Source: a virus (lineage: Duplodnaviria > Heunggongvirae > Uroviricota > Caudoviricetes). Taken from it: 64,000 bases of DNA. The notes below the pieces were generated by a model. It made no database searches. It was not told the origin of the DNA and worked only from the letters and a program-made list of their open reading frames with translations. The translations under genes and the position numbers were made by a program. Shown one piece after another: positions 26,519-35,403 of this stretch; within the stretch, counting starts at the first letter, position 1; the number at the start of each line of letters is the position of its first letter. The stretch lies in the IMG/VR virus record IMGVR_UViG_3300024270_000011, one strand, 5' to 3'.

Positions 26519-26944
26519 TTACTTTACTTCAACAATCAGTTTGTAAGCTCGGCAAGAGCCAAAACCATAGCGATTGTAAGTAGTTTCTTCCCACCTTACA
26601 GACAGACAATGCTGAGCAAGATACTCTTCAATGAAAGTCTTGTGATAGTTCTTGTCAGTGCAAGGAGAATAACTCCAATCTCCATTTGCATACTTCTTGC
26701 CATCGAAACGAATAGGACGCAGTACCTCGTTGCCGTAAGCATCGGAAGCCATAGCGAGGTCAATAGAAGTTGAAATCAGTCCACCCTTAGGGTTGAGAGC
26801 CTGCTTCTCAAGGGCAGGTCCAATCTCAGTTTCACAGAATTCAACACTCGCACCCAACAGACGAGCAAGACTTTCTGCCTTTTCTTTTTCCCACTTCATT
26901 ACGCTTGCATTTCTCACAATTGCCAGTTCACTTGCACACATCAT
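26519..26944 (-). CDS. Hypothetical protein
   Basis: 141 aa from ATG 26944, AAGGAG RBS. Confidence 0.7.
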   Translation of the reverse strand: MMCASELAIVRNASVMKWEKEKAESLARLLGASVEFCETEIGPALEKQALNPKGGLISTSIDLAMASDAYGNEVLRPIRFDGKKYANGDWSYSPCTDKNYHKTFIEEYLAQHCLSVRWEETTYNRYGFGSCRAYKLIVEVK

Positions 26945-27032
26945 AGTTATCAGTCTCCTTTTGTTTTCCTTTTTTGTATCTTTATTATAACATGGAGGGG
27001 GCTTTTTGTCAAGCCCCTTTTTTAATTTTTTT

Positions 27033-27287
27033 TTAGCAATCATAAGTGTAACATCCTTCGTAAGGGTCAAAGCCAAAATCGTCATCAATGTCAGCAGGCT
27101 CTTCGTAGTCCTCTTCCTCAGGGTCGTAGAAGGCTACTACTTCGCCAGTTTCATCCCACACAAGGGAAGCAGTCTGGCAAGTCATCTCTGCGATGGTCTT
27201 AGCTGCTTCGTAGCAAGCATAGCAAGCTTCAGTACCACTAATAGTAGCGATAGCGTTGTTGTTAATGTAGATAGTATAAGTGTTCAT
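27033..27287 (-). CDS. Small protein with acidic C-terminus ending GFDPYEGCYTYDC
   Basis: 84 aa from ATG 27287; own promoter. Confidence 0.7.
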   Translation of the reverse strand: MNTYTIYINNNAIATISGTEACYACYEAAKTIAEMTCQTASLVWDETGEVVAFYDPEEEDYEEPADIDDDFGFDPYEGCYTYDC

Positions 27288-27320
27288 AGGTTGTACCTCT
27301 CTCTCTTTCTTTGTATCTAT

Positions 27321-27458
27321 AGTATACCATGCGCGCAGGTATTTTGTCAAGGGTTTTGGGAGATTTATTTTACACAAATTTACGCCGATTTTGCAAGCCT
27401 TTTTTGTGCAGGTTTTACAATAGCACCAATCAGGCGCGCCAGGACCGTGCGCGCGCCT
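27321..27458. repeat. Back-to-back promoter cassette, copy 8 (degenerate)
   Basis: TATACT promoter, TACACAAA/TTTGTGCA, GGCGCGC/GCGCGCC hairpin. Confidence 0.6.
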
Positions 27459-27517
27459 ATGGCGGTCTTTCTGTATTAGTGTAGTATTAGTAGTAGTGTG
27501 TAGTAGCACACACTGCA

Positions 27518-27808
27518 TTAGTGTGTGCTTACTCCTACTACCTCATCATCATAGATGTATCCATCAGTGTGTGCTGTGTACATGTGTACATCTACCACTG
27601 TGCCTACGCTTGGTGCTGTGCCCTCTACCTCATAGCACCACACATGTCCTTGCTTGTCCTCTACCTCTGCAAGCTGTCCTTCTGTGTGTACTACTACGCA
27701 GTCCTTGCGTGTGTAGTGTGTCTCTACGTAGCCGCACAGCCCCAGCATGCCCATGAACACTACTACTACCAACAGTATAGTCATCATCTCTGTTACTCTC
27801 TTACTCAT
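27518..27808 (-). CDS. N-terminally membrane-anchored small protein
   Basis: 96 aa, TILLVVVVFMGMLGLC segment. Confidence 0.7.
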   Translation of the reverse strand: MSKRVTEMMTILLVVVVFMGMLGLCGYVETHYTRKDCVVVHTEGQLAEVEDKQGHVWCYEVEGTAPSVGTVVDVHMYTAHTDGYIYDDEVVGVSTH

Positions 27809-27965
27809 TGTATCTACCTCTTTCTTTACTTCTTTCTTTGTATCTTTATTATACCATTACAGGAGGTTTGTGTCAAGCTTTTTTTACACGTTTGTGCAGA
27901 CTTTTTTCTGTGCCTCCTGGCTCTGTGGCAGTTAGGGATAGCAGGGCCGCACACGGTAGCTACCC

Positions 27966-28301
27966 TTACAGAGTAGCTATTACCTTAGCCAGTGCCTCAG
28001 TATCCATTGCCTCATAGTGTGTCATGATAGTAGCAAGCATAGCCTTTCTCTCTGCTTCTCTCTGTCTCTTAGCTGCTTGTGCTTCTTTGTACTGTGCTAC
28101 CTCTGTTGCGTCGTAGCTGTAGCTCTTCTCTCCGTACATGTATGCTGTGCGCACTGTGCCATCCTCTTGGTGTACGTTGATAGTCTTGCTTGTGTGGTAA
28201 AGCATAGGTCTTGCTTCAGCAGGTGCGCATTCCTTAGTATAGTAGGTGTGTCTGTGTGTCTCATTGTTTCTTACTACGTAGATTGTGCTGATGTGTTTCA
28301 T
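27966..28301 (-). CDS. Hypothetical protein; first gene of the minus-strand array
   Basis: 111 aa from ATG 28301, GAGG RBS, own promoter; contains no Phe. Confidence 0.7.
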   Translation of the reverse strand: MKHISTIYVVRNNETHRHTYYTKECAPAEARPMLYHTSKTINVHQEDGTVRTAYMYGEKSYSYDATEVAQYKEAQAAKRQREAERKAMLATIMTHYEAMDTEALAKVIATL

Positions 28302-28335
28302 TGTGTGTACCTCTCTCTTCCTTTGTTGTACCCTT

Positions 28336-28452
28336 AGTATAACACGTTTCGGGAGGTTTGTCAATAGGTAGATTTGCACAATTGTTGCGCCCTTTATTTG
28401 TGCAAGATGTATACCATGCCAACCAGGGCCGCGCCATCCATGCACGGCCCAG
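28336..28452. repeat. Back-to-back promoter cassette, copy 9
   Basis: TATACT promoter, TGCACAA/TTTGTGCA, GGGCCG/CGGCCC hairpin. Confidence 0.75.
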
Positions 28453-28654
28453 CGTATGTATTAGTATGTACATCATTGTGTTGTTTATTATTTATTATTA
28501 TTATCTATTGTTGTATGTATAGATAGATGTGTATGTGTTATGTACTCATTACCTCTTGGTCATTGTGTATGTATCTCTTTGTATGTACATGTGCGTAGCT
28601 CTGTAGGGCGTAGAGAGGGGCGTACCTCTCTGTCTGTGTGTGTGCCTGTGCTGT

Positions 28655-28705
28655 GTATGCCAACATACCCGGGGGGGTGTATTTCGGGAAAATTTTTTTT
28701 TATTG
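28655..28705. other. Putative genome terminus / packaging (cos- or repeat-junction-like) site
   Basis: CATACCCGGGGGGGTGTATTTCGGGAAAATTTTTTTT at an abrupt compositional boundary, immediately upstream of the early promoter array. Confidence 0.4.
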
Positions 28706-28817
28706 TTGATGAAATGTTATTTCCTGGACAAACCTCCCACTAAATCAATTTCAGATTTCGGTTTACGGGAAAAATAAGAAATGGGTCCCATACCGAATGG
28801 TACGGAACCCAATCTTT

Positions 28818-29156
28818 CTAAACTCTTTCTACGGCGACTCCAAAAATATTGTTTCGCCCAATAGTGCCATTAATGTGTCCATGGTTGTTTCCAATCGTAT
28901 ACCGATTTCCATTCTTAATAGCTACTATCTTGTGCAGGTAGTAATGCCCACCCACTCTACATAGAACAATATCATTCTTATGCAATTTCGTATCCTCGGT
29001 TACAGGAATACAAATAACACTATCTCCACTCTCCAAAATGGGAGTCATGCTTTGTCCATACCCAGTTACCAAACAACTGCGACCCTCACGCAATTTCTGC
29101 GCGGTAATCGCATTTTCTTTTCCATGAAATAGTTCTGCTAAATTGCGCCCTGCCAT
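28818..29156 (-). CDS. S24/S26-family peptidase-like protein
   Basis: GQSMTPILESGD (catalytic Ser) and YLHKI (Lys). Confidence 0.8.
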   Translation of the reverse strand: MAGRNLAELFHGKENAITAQKLREGRSCLVTGYGQSMTPILESGDSVICIPVTEDTKLHKNDIVLCRVGGHYYLHKIVAIKNGNRYTIGNNHGHINGTIGRNNIFGVAVERV

Positions 29157-29158
29157 AA

Positions 29159-29422
29159 TTAGTCCTCCAACCCAACCTTGATTGCGAGTTCAGCTGGAAC
29201 AGCAATATTCAATTCTTGGAGCAATTCTGCGGCAAGGCGATATTTATCAGCTTCAATGCGGGCTGAGCGCAAACAAATGTACTCGCATCCGCCGCTTTCC
29301 ATTGTGAACAATTCCATGTCATCATTTTCATGGAGTCCCATTCGGTCACGCAAGCCCTTAGGAATCGTGACACGTCCGAGCGCATCAATTTTTCTTGTTG
29401 TGTTTTCTGGTCTAATTCTCAT
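29159..29422 (-). CDS. abrB: AbrB/SpoVT-family transcription regulator
   Basis: TTRKIDALGRVTIPKGLRDRMGL swapped-hairpin signature. Confidence 0.85.
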   Translation of the reverse strand: MRIRPENTTRKIDALGRVTIPKGLRDRMGLHENDDMELFTMESGGCEYICLRSARIEADKYRLAAELLQELNIAVPAELAIKVGLED

Positions 29423-29424
29423 TT

Positions 29425-30282
29425 TTATTCTCCTAATTTAATTGGAATTTGCGCCTCGTCAAGCCGAGGATTTTCAAACAACAGCTTGGCTACCGCCATA
29501 TTTTCCAAGAGTGCGCATCTGGTTAAAAGACCAACTCCACCCGGAACTGGGGTTACCAGTCTATTCTCGGTATTAATACAGTCTCCAACCATTTTACCTT
29601 CTTCATTAAAATTAATACCTACATCAATAACCGGTACGTAGATCGGATAGCAGTTCAGGAATCCGGCCTTACCCACCGCGCAAATTATCAAGTCTGCGCT
29701 ATCAATAAAGGTATGCAAATTCTTTGTTTTACTATGGCACAATGTAACTGTGCAATTCAAATCTACCAACATTTCTGCGACGGGTTTCCCTACAATCTCA
29801 GAACGTCCAATTACTACCGCATTTGCCCCCTCAAAATTGAAATTGCATGCTTTCAGATATGTGATAATACCAAGAGGAGTGCAAGGGAAATAAGGACTAT
29901 CATTCTTAAATCCATCTACATCCATGCGGCTTGGGATAAGTCTTGTAATTCTATTTTTATCCAAATGAATTGGTAATGGCAACTGCACAATAATGCCAGC
30001 TGGATTTTCAGCATTAGTCTGAACAATTTGAATAATGGATTGTTCGACAGTCTCTTGGGTTACTGATTCTGGAAAATGAATAACCTGCGCTTCGATGCCC
30101 ACTTCCTGTGCGTCCTTCACTTTATTGCGAACATAGCGTGTTGATGCGGGATTGTCACCAACTTGAATAATATGAAGGATTGCGCGCTGCCCGCTCAGCC
30201 GATCTTTAAGACTGGCTTTCCAATCGGCACAAAACTCTTTAATATTTTTTAGTTCAAAATTAGTATTTGTTGAAGAAATCAT
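29425..30282 (-). CDS. folD: Bifunctional methylenetetrahydrofolate dehydrogenase/cyclohydrolase
   Basis: YVRNK, DVDG, PCTP, GRSEIVGKP, IDVGIN, TPVPGGVG. Confidence 0.95.
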   Translation of the reverse strand: MISSTNTNFELKNIKEFCADWKASLKDRLSGQRAILHIIQVGDNPASTRYVRNKVKDAQEVGIEAQVIHFPESVTQETVEQSIIQIVQTNAENPAGIIVQLPLPIHLDKNRITRLIPSRMDVDGFKNDSPYFPCTPLGIITYLKACNFNFEGANAVVIGRSEIVGKPVAEMLVDLNCTVTLCHSKTKNLHTFIDSADLIICAVGKAGFLNCYPIYVPVIDVGINFNEEGKMVGDCINTENRLVTPVPGGVGLLTRCALLENMAVAKLLFENPRLDEAQIPIKLGE

Positions 30283-30493
30283 CGTCGTCTCCTCCCCAAC
30301 CAGGTGGCATAATGCAATTTAATAATTCTTCAAGAATATTAGATATTGCAAAAAATGGCCCTCCGATTAAAAATATGACCATAACTGTAAATTTATCTGC
30401 GCTGCTAAGCTCTTTGCATGCAGGCATATGTGGAATAAATGTAATTGTGGAAATAACTCCCCACAAGATTATTGCAATCCAAGTTCCCGCCAA
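30260..30493 (-). CDS. Small membrane protein
   Basis: 77 aa, two hydrophobic segments. Confidence 0.65.
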   Translation of the reverse strand: MAGTWIAIILWGVISTITFIPHMPACKELSSADKFTVMVIFLIGGPFFAISNILEELLNCIMPPGWGGDDDDFFNKY

Positions 30494-30816
30494 AAGTATC
30501 TCCCCTCCAACTCAATAACTTGTGCTTTATGTATTTCCCTTGGGACTCCGTCCCAAGGAGATTCTTCTGCGCTCGGCGCCCTCTTGTGGCAAATAACCAA
30601 TTGCATTTTTGCATTTAAATGCTCATAGTGATTTTCACAATAAAATAATTCACTATGTTCTGTTTGATTAAAATGTTCAACAAGGGTTAAAGAACCAATC
30701 CACTTGTCATCGTAAAACTCTTGACCTTTATTTTTACTTACCGCAATACAACAATATATAATTCCAACCAAGAGTGAAAGAAGGAAGAATGCGAGGATAT
30801 AAAGTAATACTTTCAT
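30469..30816 (-). CDS. Membrane-anchored hypothetical protein
   Basis: 115 aa, N-terminal TM helix. Confidence 0.65.
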   Translation of the reverse strand: MKVLLYILAFFLLSLLVGIIYCCIAVSKNKGQEFYDDKWIGSLTLVEHFNQTEHSELFYCENHYEHLNAKMQLVICHKRAPSAEESPWDGVPREIHKAQVIELEGRYFWRELGLQ

Positions 30817-30848
30817 ATCTCCAATATCCTTTCCTCATATTTACTAAT

Positions 30849-30926
30849 ATTATACCAAAAAATTTTTAATTTGTCAACATTCGGTTTCCAGTGCGGGTTG
30901 ACTTTTCGAAAATTTTCTGGTATAAT
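30849..30926. promoter_or_regulatory. Divergent sigmaA promoter pair at the strand switch
   Basis: Minus TTGACA 30872-77 with TATAAT 30849-54; plus TTGACT 30898 with TATAAT 30921. Confidence 0.85.
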
Positions 30927-30951
30927 TATAGTATAAGACTGGAGGTTAAAG

Positions 30952-32004
30952 ATGATTAAATTAGATTACAGTTTAACAACTCCAGAAGAGCGAAAGGCAT
31001 TGGTTGAGAAGATTCTCGCAGAGAATCCAGACCCAGGTGATAAATACCTGGAAATTCTCGCTGATTACCTAATCCTCTGCATGGAGAAACAAGAGAAAAA
31101 GGAGCGCAAGATTTTAACTGAAAACCGTATGGCTACAGTTACAAAGCGCGAAACGTCTTTTGAAGGTCTTGTTTCCCAATTTGAAAATGGCGAAGATGGT
31201 ATTTATGGATTAATAACAGAAGACAAGAATCAAATTTTTAGACCTAAAGTTTCAATCACAAAGAAAGATTTAGAAGAAATCCCAGAGTTACAGCAAATTA
31301 GAGAGGCCATTCAGGTTTGGGAAAATATCTTGAAGAAAGCGACAGGTCGAGACGCTTTCATTGCCAAAAAGGCTATTATTGAATTGCGTAAGGACCAGTA
31401 CTTGGTTAAAGATGCTTTCCGCAAACCAATTGTTTTAAATAAAGTAATGCATGGCAGAAATCCAATTCAATTGGATGGCGAAATTACTTTAGATGAAAAT
31501 GGGTATTGCGTTTCTAAAGGAGTTACTTTGGTGGACCCAAAAGTATGCGAAGCCATCCTATGTAACTATTCAAGATTAAAACAAGACAGTTGGGGAGTCT
31601 TTGATTCGAACACTTGGTATTTAATGGAGGACTTTGACAATATTGCTACAAAAGCATTAGCAGATTATCCACTTTATGAGCGAATTGTTGAATGTAAAAT
31701 TGATGGACTCCAAAATGTTCAGATTCAAGAGATTCTGAAAGATGAATTTGGTATTACTCATTCTCTTGAGTATATTAGTAGCCTCTGGCGCAAGAAGATT
31801 CCAAGTTTGATAGCTTCTGCGGCCGAGGATGAATATTTAGATTGGTATTTCCTCAATGAGGAAAAAGGTAAGTACAAGAGATGCTCTCGATGCGGGCAAA
31901 TTAAACTTGCTCATAATAAATACTTCTCTAAGAATAAGACCAGCAAAGATGGTTTTTACTCTATTTGCAAATGTTGCAGAAATTCAAAGGGCAAAAAGTC
32001 ATAA
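30952..32004 (+). CDS. Putative late transcription regulator (HTH plus C-terminal zinc finger)
   Basis: GLQNVQIQEIL...SLEYISSLW HTH-like segment; CSRC...CKCC. Confidence 0.5.
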   Translation: MIKLDYSLTTPEERKALVEKILAENPDPGDKYLEILADYLILCMEKQEKKERKILTENRMATVTKRETSFEGLVSQFENGEDGIYGLITEDKNQIFRPKVSITKKDLEEIPELQQIREAIQVWENILKKATGRDAFIAKKAIIELRKDQYLVKDAFRKPIVLNKVMHGRNPIQLDGEITLDENGYCVSKGVTLVDPKVCEAILCNYSRLKQDSWGVFDSNTWYLMEDFDNIATKALADYPLYERIVECKIDGLQNVQIQEILKDEFGITHSLEYISSLWRKKIPSLIASAAEDEYLDWYFLNEEKGKYKRCSRCGQIKLAHNKYFSKNKTSKDGFYSICKCCRNSKGKKS

Positions 32005-32050
32005 TTGCGGCCAGGTATTTTTATAATAAATTAGAGAGGAGGTAACGAGC

Positions 32051-33280
32051 ATGGCAGATAACCGTACGTTCTACTGCGAAAAATGTAATAGAACGATGAG
32101 TGCAGAACAATTTTATGGTTCAAATAATTTAGAAAAATATCCAGAAGGAAAATTGAAACAATGCAAGAAATGTATTTCAATGCATGTTGACAATTTTAAC
32201 CCTGATACATATTTATGGATTCTGCAGGAATGCGATGTACCTTATGTTCAAGATGAATGGAATAAGCTACTTGCGTCCTACGGAAAAGACAAATCTAAAT
32301 TAACTGGCATGACAATTCTTGGTAGATACTTATCTAAGATGAAGTTAAAACAGTGGCGAGATTATCGTTGGGAACACACTGATTATCTACAAGAAGTCGC
32401 TAACAAAAAAATTGAAGAAACTATGAAGCGTCAAGGCTATGACGCAATACAAATTAATGAAGCTGTTACGAAGGCGACTTTTACAATCCCGGATGAGATT
32501 TTAAAAGAACCTGAGTACACTCCTTATACTGGACCGACTGGTTATTTTGAAGAAGATGATTACTTCGCACAGCAGTCCGGAGAGGATACTTCTTTTGATG
32601 ATGATTTAACAGAAGAAGATAGAACATACTTGCGATTAAAGTGGGGCAAAACCTATAAACCAGAAGAATGGATTAAGTTGGAACAGTTGTATGAAGAAAT
32701 GATGAGTTCTTACGATATTCAAACTGCGGGACATATTGATACATTGAAATTAGTTTGTAAAACATCTTTGAAAGCTAATCAGCTCTTGGATATTGGTGAT
32801 GTTGATGGTGCTCAGAAGATGATTAAAATGTATGACGGACTTATGAAGTCTGGTAAGTTTACTGCGGCTCAGAATAAAGCAGAATCTGGTGAGTATGTAG
32901 ACTCCATTTCCGAACTTGTGGCAATTTGCGAAAAGGATGGGTTCATCCCTCGTTATTATACAGACGGGCCACAGGATAAGGTTGATAGAACATTACAAGA
33001 TTTACAAAGTTACACTTATAATCTGGTAACTGAGGAAATGAACCTTGGTAACTTGATTGAAAGTGCTATTAAACAGATTGAAGAAGAAAAACAAAGAGAG
33101 GCCGATGGCGCATCTGAGGCAGCTGATGAGGAAGAACTCATGGAAGCCGCACTATTTGAGGATGGTGCTACTAAGGTTCTCACAGATAGTGATTTCGAAG
33201 AATTTAGAGAATTTGAAGAGGATGTCGAAGAATACGACACCGCTTACATTGAAAAACTCTTGAATGGAGAGGAAGACTAA
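32051..33280 (+). CDS. Probable terminase small subunit with N-terminal zinc finger
   Basis: CEKC...CKKC; stop overlaps the large terminase start; SPbeta-like position. Confidence 0.6.
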   Translation: MADNRTFYCEKCNRTMSAEQFYGSNNLEKYPEGKLKQCKKCISMHVDNFNPDTYLWILQECDVPYVQDEWNKLLASYGKDKSKLTGMTILGRYLSKMKLKQWRDYRWEHTDYLQEVANKKIEETMKRQGYDAIQINEAVTKATFTIPDEILKEPEYTPYTGPTGYFEEDDYFAQQSGEDTSFDDDLTEEDRTYLRLKWGKTYKPEEWIKLEQLYEEMMSSYDIQTAGHIDTLKLVCKTSLKANQLLDIGDVDGAQKMIKMYDGLMKSGKFTAAQNKAESGEYVDSISELVAICEKDGFIPRYYTDGPQDKVDRTLQDLQSYTYNLVTEEMNLGNLIESAIKQIEEEKQREADGASEAADEEELMEAALFEDGATKVLTDSDFEEFREFEEDVEEYDTAYIEKLLNGEED

Positions 33281-35019
33281 TGGCTCTTCAAGACCTATTA
33301 GACCTCTCTACCAAGAGAAAGAAAATTGGACTATCTGAAGAGCGTATCGAAGCTATTAAGCCTGCGGTGCGCCAATATATTGCCTATTGGCGCGAATATC
33401 CAGACATGTTCATTGATTTTCTCCAAGATGGCGGAGACCCTACAAAGGAAAGGAAATTAAAGTTTTTCTTCTATCAACGAGTATTTTTGCGTGCGGCTAT
33501 GCGTTACAAATATGTATACATGGTGTTCCCTCGTGCGTATTCAAAATCATTCTTATCTGTTATGGTACTGATGTGCCGTTGTATCTTATATCCACGTAGT
33601 AAATTATTCGTTACTTCTGGTGGTAAAGAGCAGGCTGCAGGTATCGTAAAAGAAAAAGTTACAGAAATTTGCACGCTGGTTCCGGCCTTTGACCGAGAAC
33701 TTGACCGCCGACCGGGTAAGACGCGTGAAGGTAAGGACTATGTTTGTTATGTATTCAAAAATGGCTCTTATTTCGATAATATTGCGGCGTCCGAGAAGTC
33801 GAGAGGTAAGCGTCGACATGGCGGTCTCGTAGAGGAGTGCGTTGGTGTTGACGGCGATATTCTTTCTCAGGTTATTATTCCTACCATGAACGTTTCTCGT
33901 TTGTGTATGGATGGCACAACTCAACCTGATGAGACTTTGAATAAGTCGCAGATTTATGTAACTACTGCCGGATTTAAAAACACATTTGCATATGATAAAT
34001 TGATACAGCTCTTGGTTTGGATGATTACTGAGCCTCACAAGGCAATGGTAATGGGCGGAACTTGGAGAATTCCTGTTTTAATGAAGTTGCTGGATAAAAA
34101 CTTCCTGCAAGACCTGAAAAAGGACGGAACCTTCAATGAAGCTTCTTTCGACCGTGAGTATGAATCAAAATGGACTGGTACTGTAGCTGACGCTTTCTTC
34201 AATGGAGAAATCTTTGATAGAAACCGCAACTTACAGAAACCTGAATTGGAACATTCTGGACGCTCAAGTGCGCAGGCTTTCTATGTATTGTCTGTTGACG
34301 TTGGTCGTAAGGGATGTGATTCTGTAGTATGTGTATTTAAAGTAACCCCACAATCAATGGGTGCGGCATACAAATCATTGGTAAATATTTATACATTCTC
34401 TGATGAACACTTTGAAGACCAAGCGATTCGTATCAAGAAACTGTTCTACAAGTATAAAGCTCGTAGAGTCGTAATCGACGCCAATGGTCTTGGTATTGGT
34501 TTGGTCGACTATATGATTAAATCTCAGATTGACCCAAATACAGGAGATACGTATCCTGACTTTGGTGTTTATAATGATGATGAGTTATACTATAAAAAGT
34601 ATAAGACCAACATTACCGAACAAGATGCTATGTATTTGATTAAAGCAAATGCGCCAATCAATACAGAAGCACATGCAAATGCGCAAGCTCAGTTATCTTC
34701 TGGTAAAGTTAAACTTCTTATTGACGAGCGTGTTGCTAAGACTAAGTTGCTTGGCACCAAGGTTGGTCAGAATATGAAACCTGAGGAAAGGGCAGAATAT
34801 TTAAAACCATTTACCCTAACTTCCATATTAAAAGAGGAAATGATGAACTTACGAGAAGAAAATGAAGGCGTAAACATTATTTTGAAACAAGCGAACAAAG
34901 GTATCCGCAAGGATAAATTCTCCGCTTTTGAATATGGATTATACTATATTAAACAAGTAGAAGAAAATAAGAAACGTAAAAAGAAATTCAATGCTAAAGA
35001 CTGGTGCTTTATGAATTAA
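33280..35019 (+). CDS. terL: Terminase large subunit
   Basis: FPRAYSKS Walker A variant, RGKRRHGGLVEE Walker B, LSVDVGR nuclease motif. Confidence 0.92.
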   Translation: MALQDLLDLSTKRKKIGLSEERIEAIKPAVRQYIAYWREYPDMFIDFLQDGGDPTKERKLKFFFYQRVFLRAAMRYKYVYMVFPRAYSKSFLSVMVLMCRCILYPRSKLFVTSGGKEQAAGIVKEKVTEICTLVPAFDRELDRRPGKTREGKDYVCYVFKNGSYFDNIAASEKSRGKRRHGGLVEECVGVDGDILSQVIIPTMNVSRLCMDGTTQPDETLNKSQIYVTTAGFKNTFAYDKLIQLLVWMITEPHKAMVMGGTWRIPVLMKLLDKNFLQDLKKDGTFNEASFDREYESKWTGTVADAFFNGEIFDRNRNLQKPELEHSGRSSAQAFYVLSVDVGRKGCDSVVCVFKVTPQSMGAAYKSLVNIYTFSDEHFEDQAIRIKKLFYKYKARRVVIDANGLGIGLVDYMIKSQIDPNTGDTYPDFGVYNDDELYYKKYKTNITEQDAMYLIKANAPINTEAHANAQAQLSSGKVKLLIDERVAKTKLLGTKVGQNMKPEERAEYLKPFTLTSILKEEMMNLREENEGVNIILKQANKGIRKDKFSAFEYGLYYIKQVEENKKRKKKFNAKDWCFMN

Positions 35020-35034
35020 GAAAGGAGGGAGCCT

Positions 35035-35391
35035 ATGCGAGCTTCAAGAGGAGAAATCAAGATTGAAGAAGTTTTGACAGAAGCTGGATTACCATTTAGA
35101 ATGGAATATAGCTTTCAAGACTTGAGAAGTCCCAATGGCAGACCTCTGCGTTTTGATTTCGTTGTTTTTGATGATGATGGCAAAATTGATTTTATTATTG
35201 AGTATCAAGGTAGACAACATTATGAACCAAGTCAAAAGTTTGGTGGTAAAAGAGGTTTCTACCAACAGCAGTATAATGATAATAACAAGAGAAGATTTTG
35301 CGCCTTGCATGACTTTAAGTTAATAGAAATTCCATATACTGATGAAAATCTGATTTCTTATGATTATATCATGGAGAAAGCGGGTTATTAA
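35035..35391 (+). CDS. Vsr/DUF559-like endonuclease
   Basis: LRFDF...IIEYQGRQHY...DNNKRRFC. Confidence 0.8.
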   Translation: MRASRGEIKIEEVLTEAGLPFRMEYSFQDLRSPNGRPLRFDFVVFDDDGKIDFIIEYQGRQHYEPSQKFGGKRGFYQQQYNDNNKRRFCALHDFKLIEIPYTDENLISYDYIMEKAGY

Positions 35392-35403
35392 GGAGGTAAG
35401 GTT

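Larger units (their letters stand above)
14128..28364 (-). promoter_or_regulatory. Dense array of co-oriented sigmaA promoters (TTGACA-N17-TATAAT/TATACT with A-tract UP elements)
   Basis: -35 (tgtcaa on +) located by eye at 14128, 14426, 15039, 15290, 15849, 16356, 16455, 17237, 17494, 17735, 18201, 18997, 19577, 19976, 20468, 20967, 21067, 21158, 21636, 21954, 22161, 22723, 23291, 23812, 24598, 25120, 25495, 25698, 26092, 26496, 27007, 27345, 27871 and 28359, plus variant -35s at 16555, 17832, 19858, 21244 and 22870. Confidence 0.9.
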
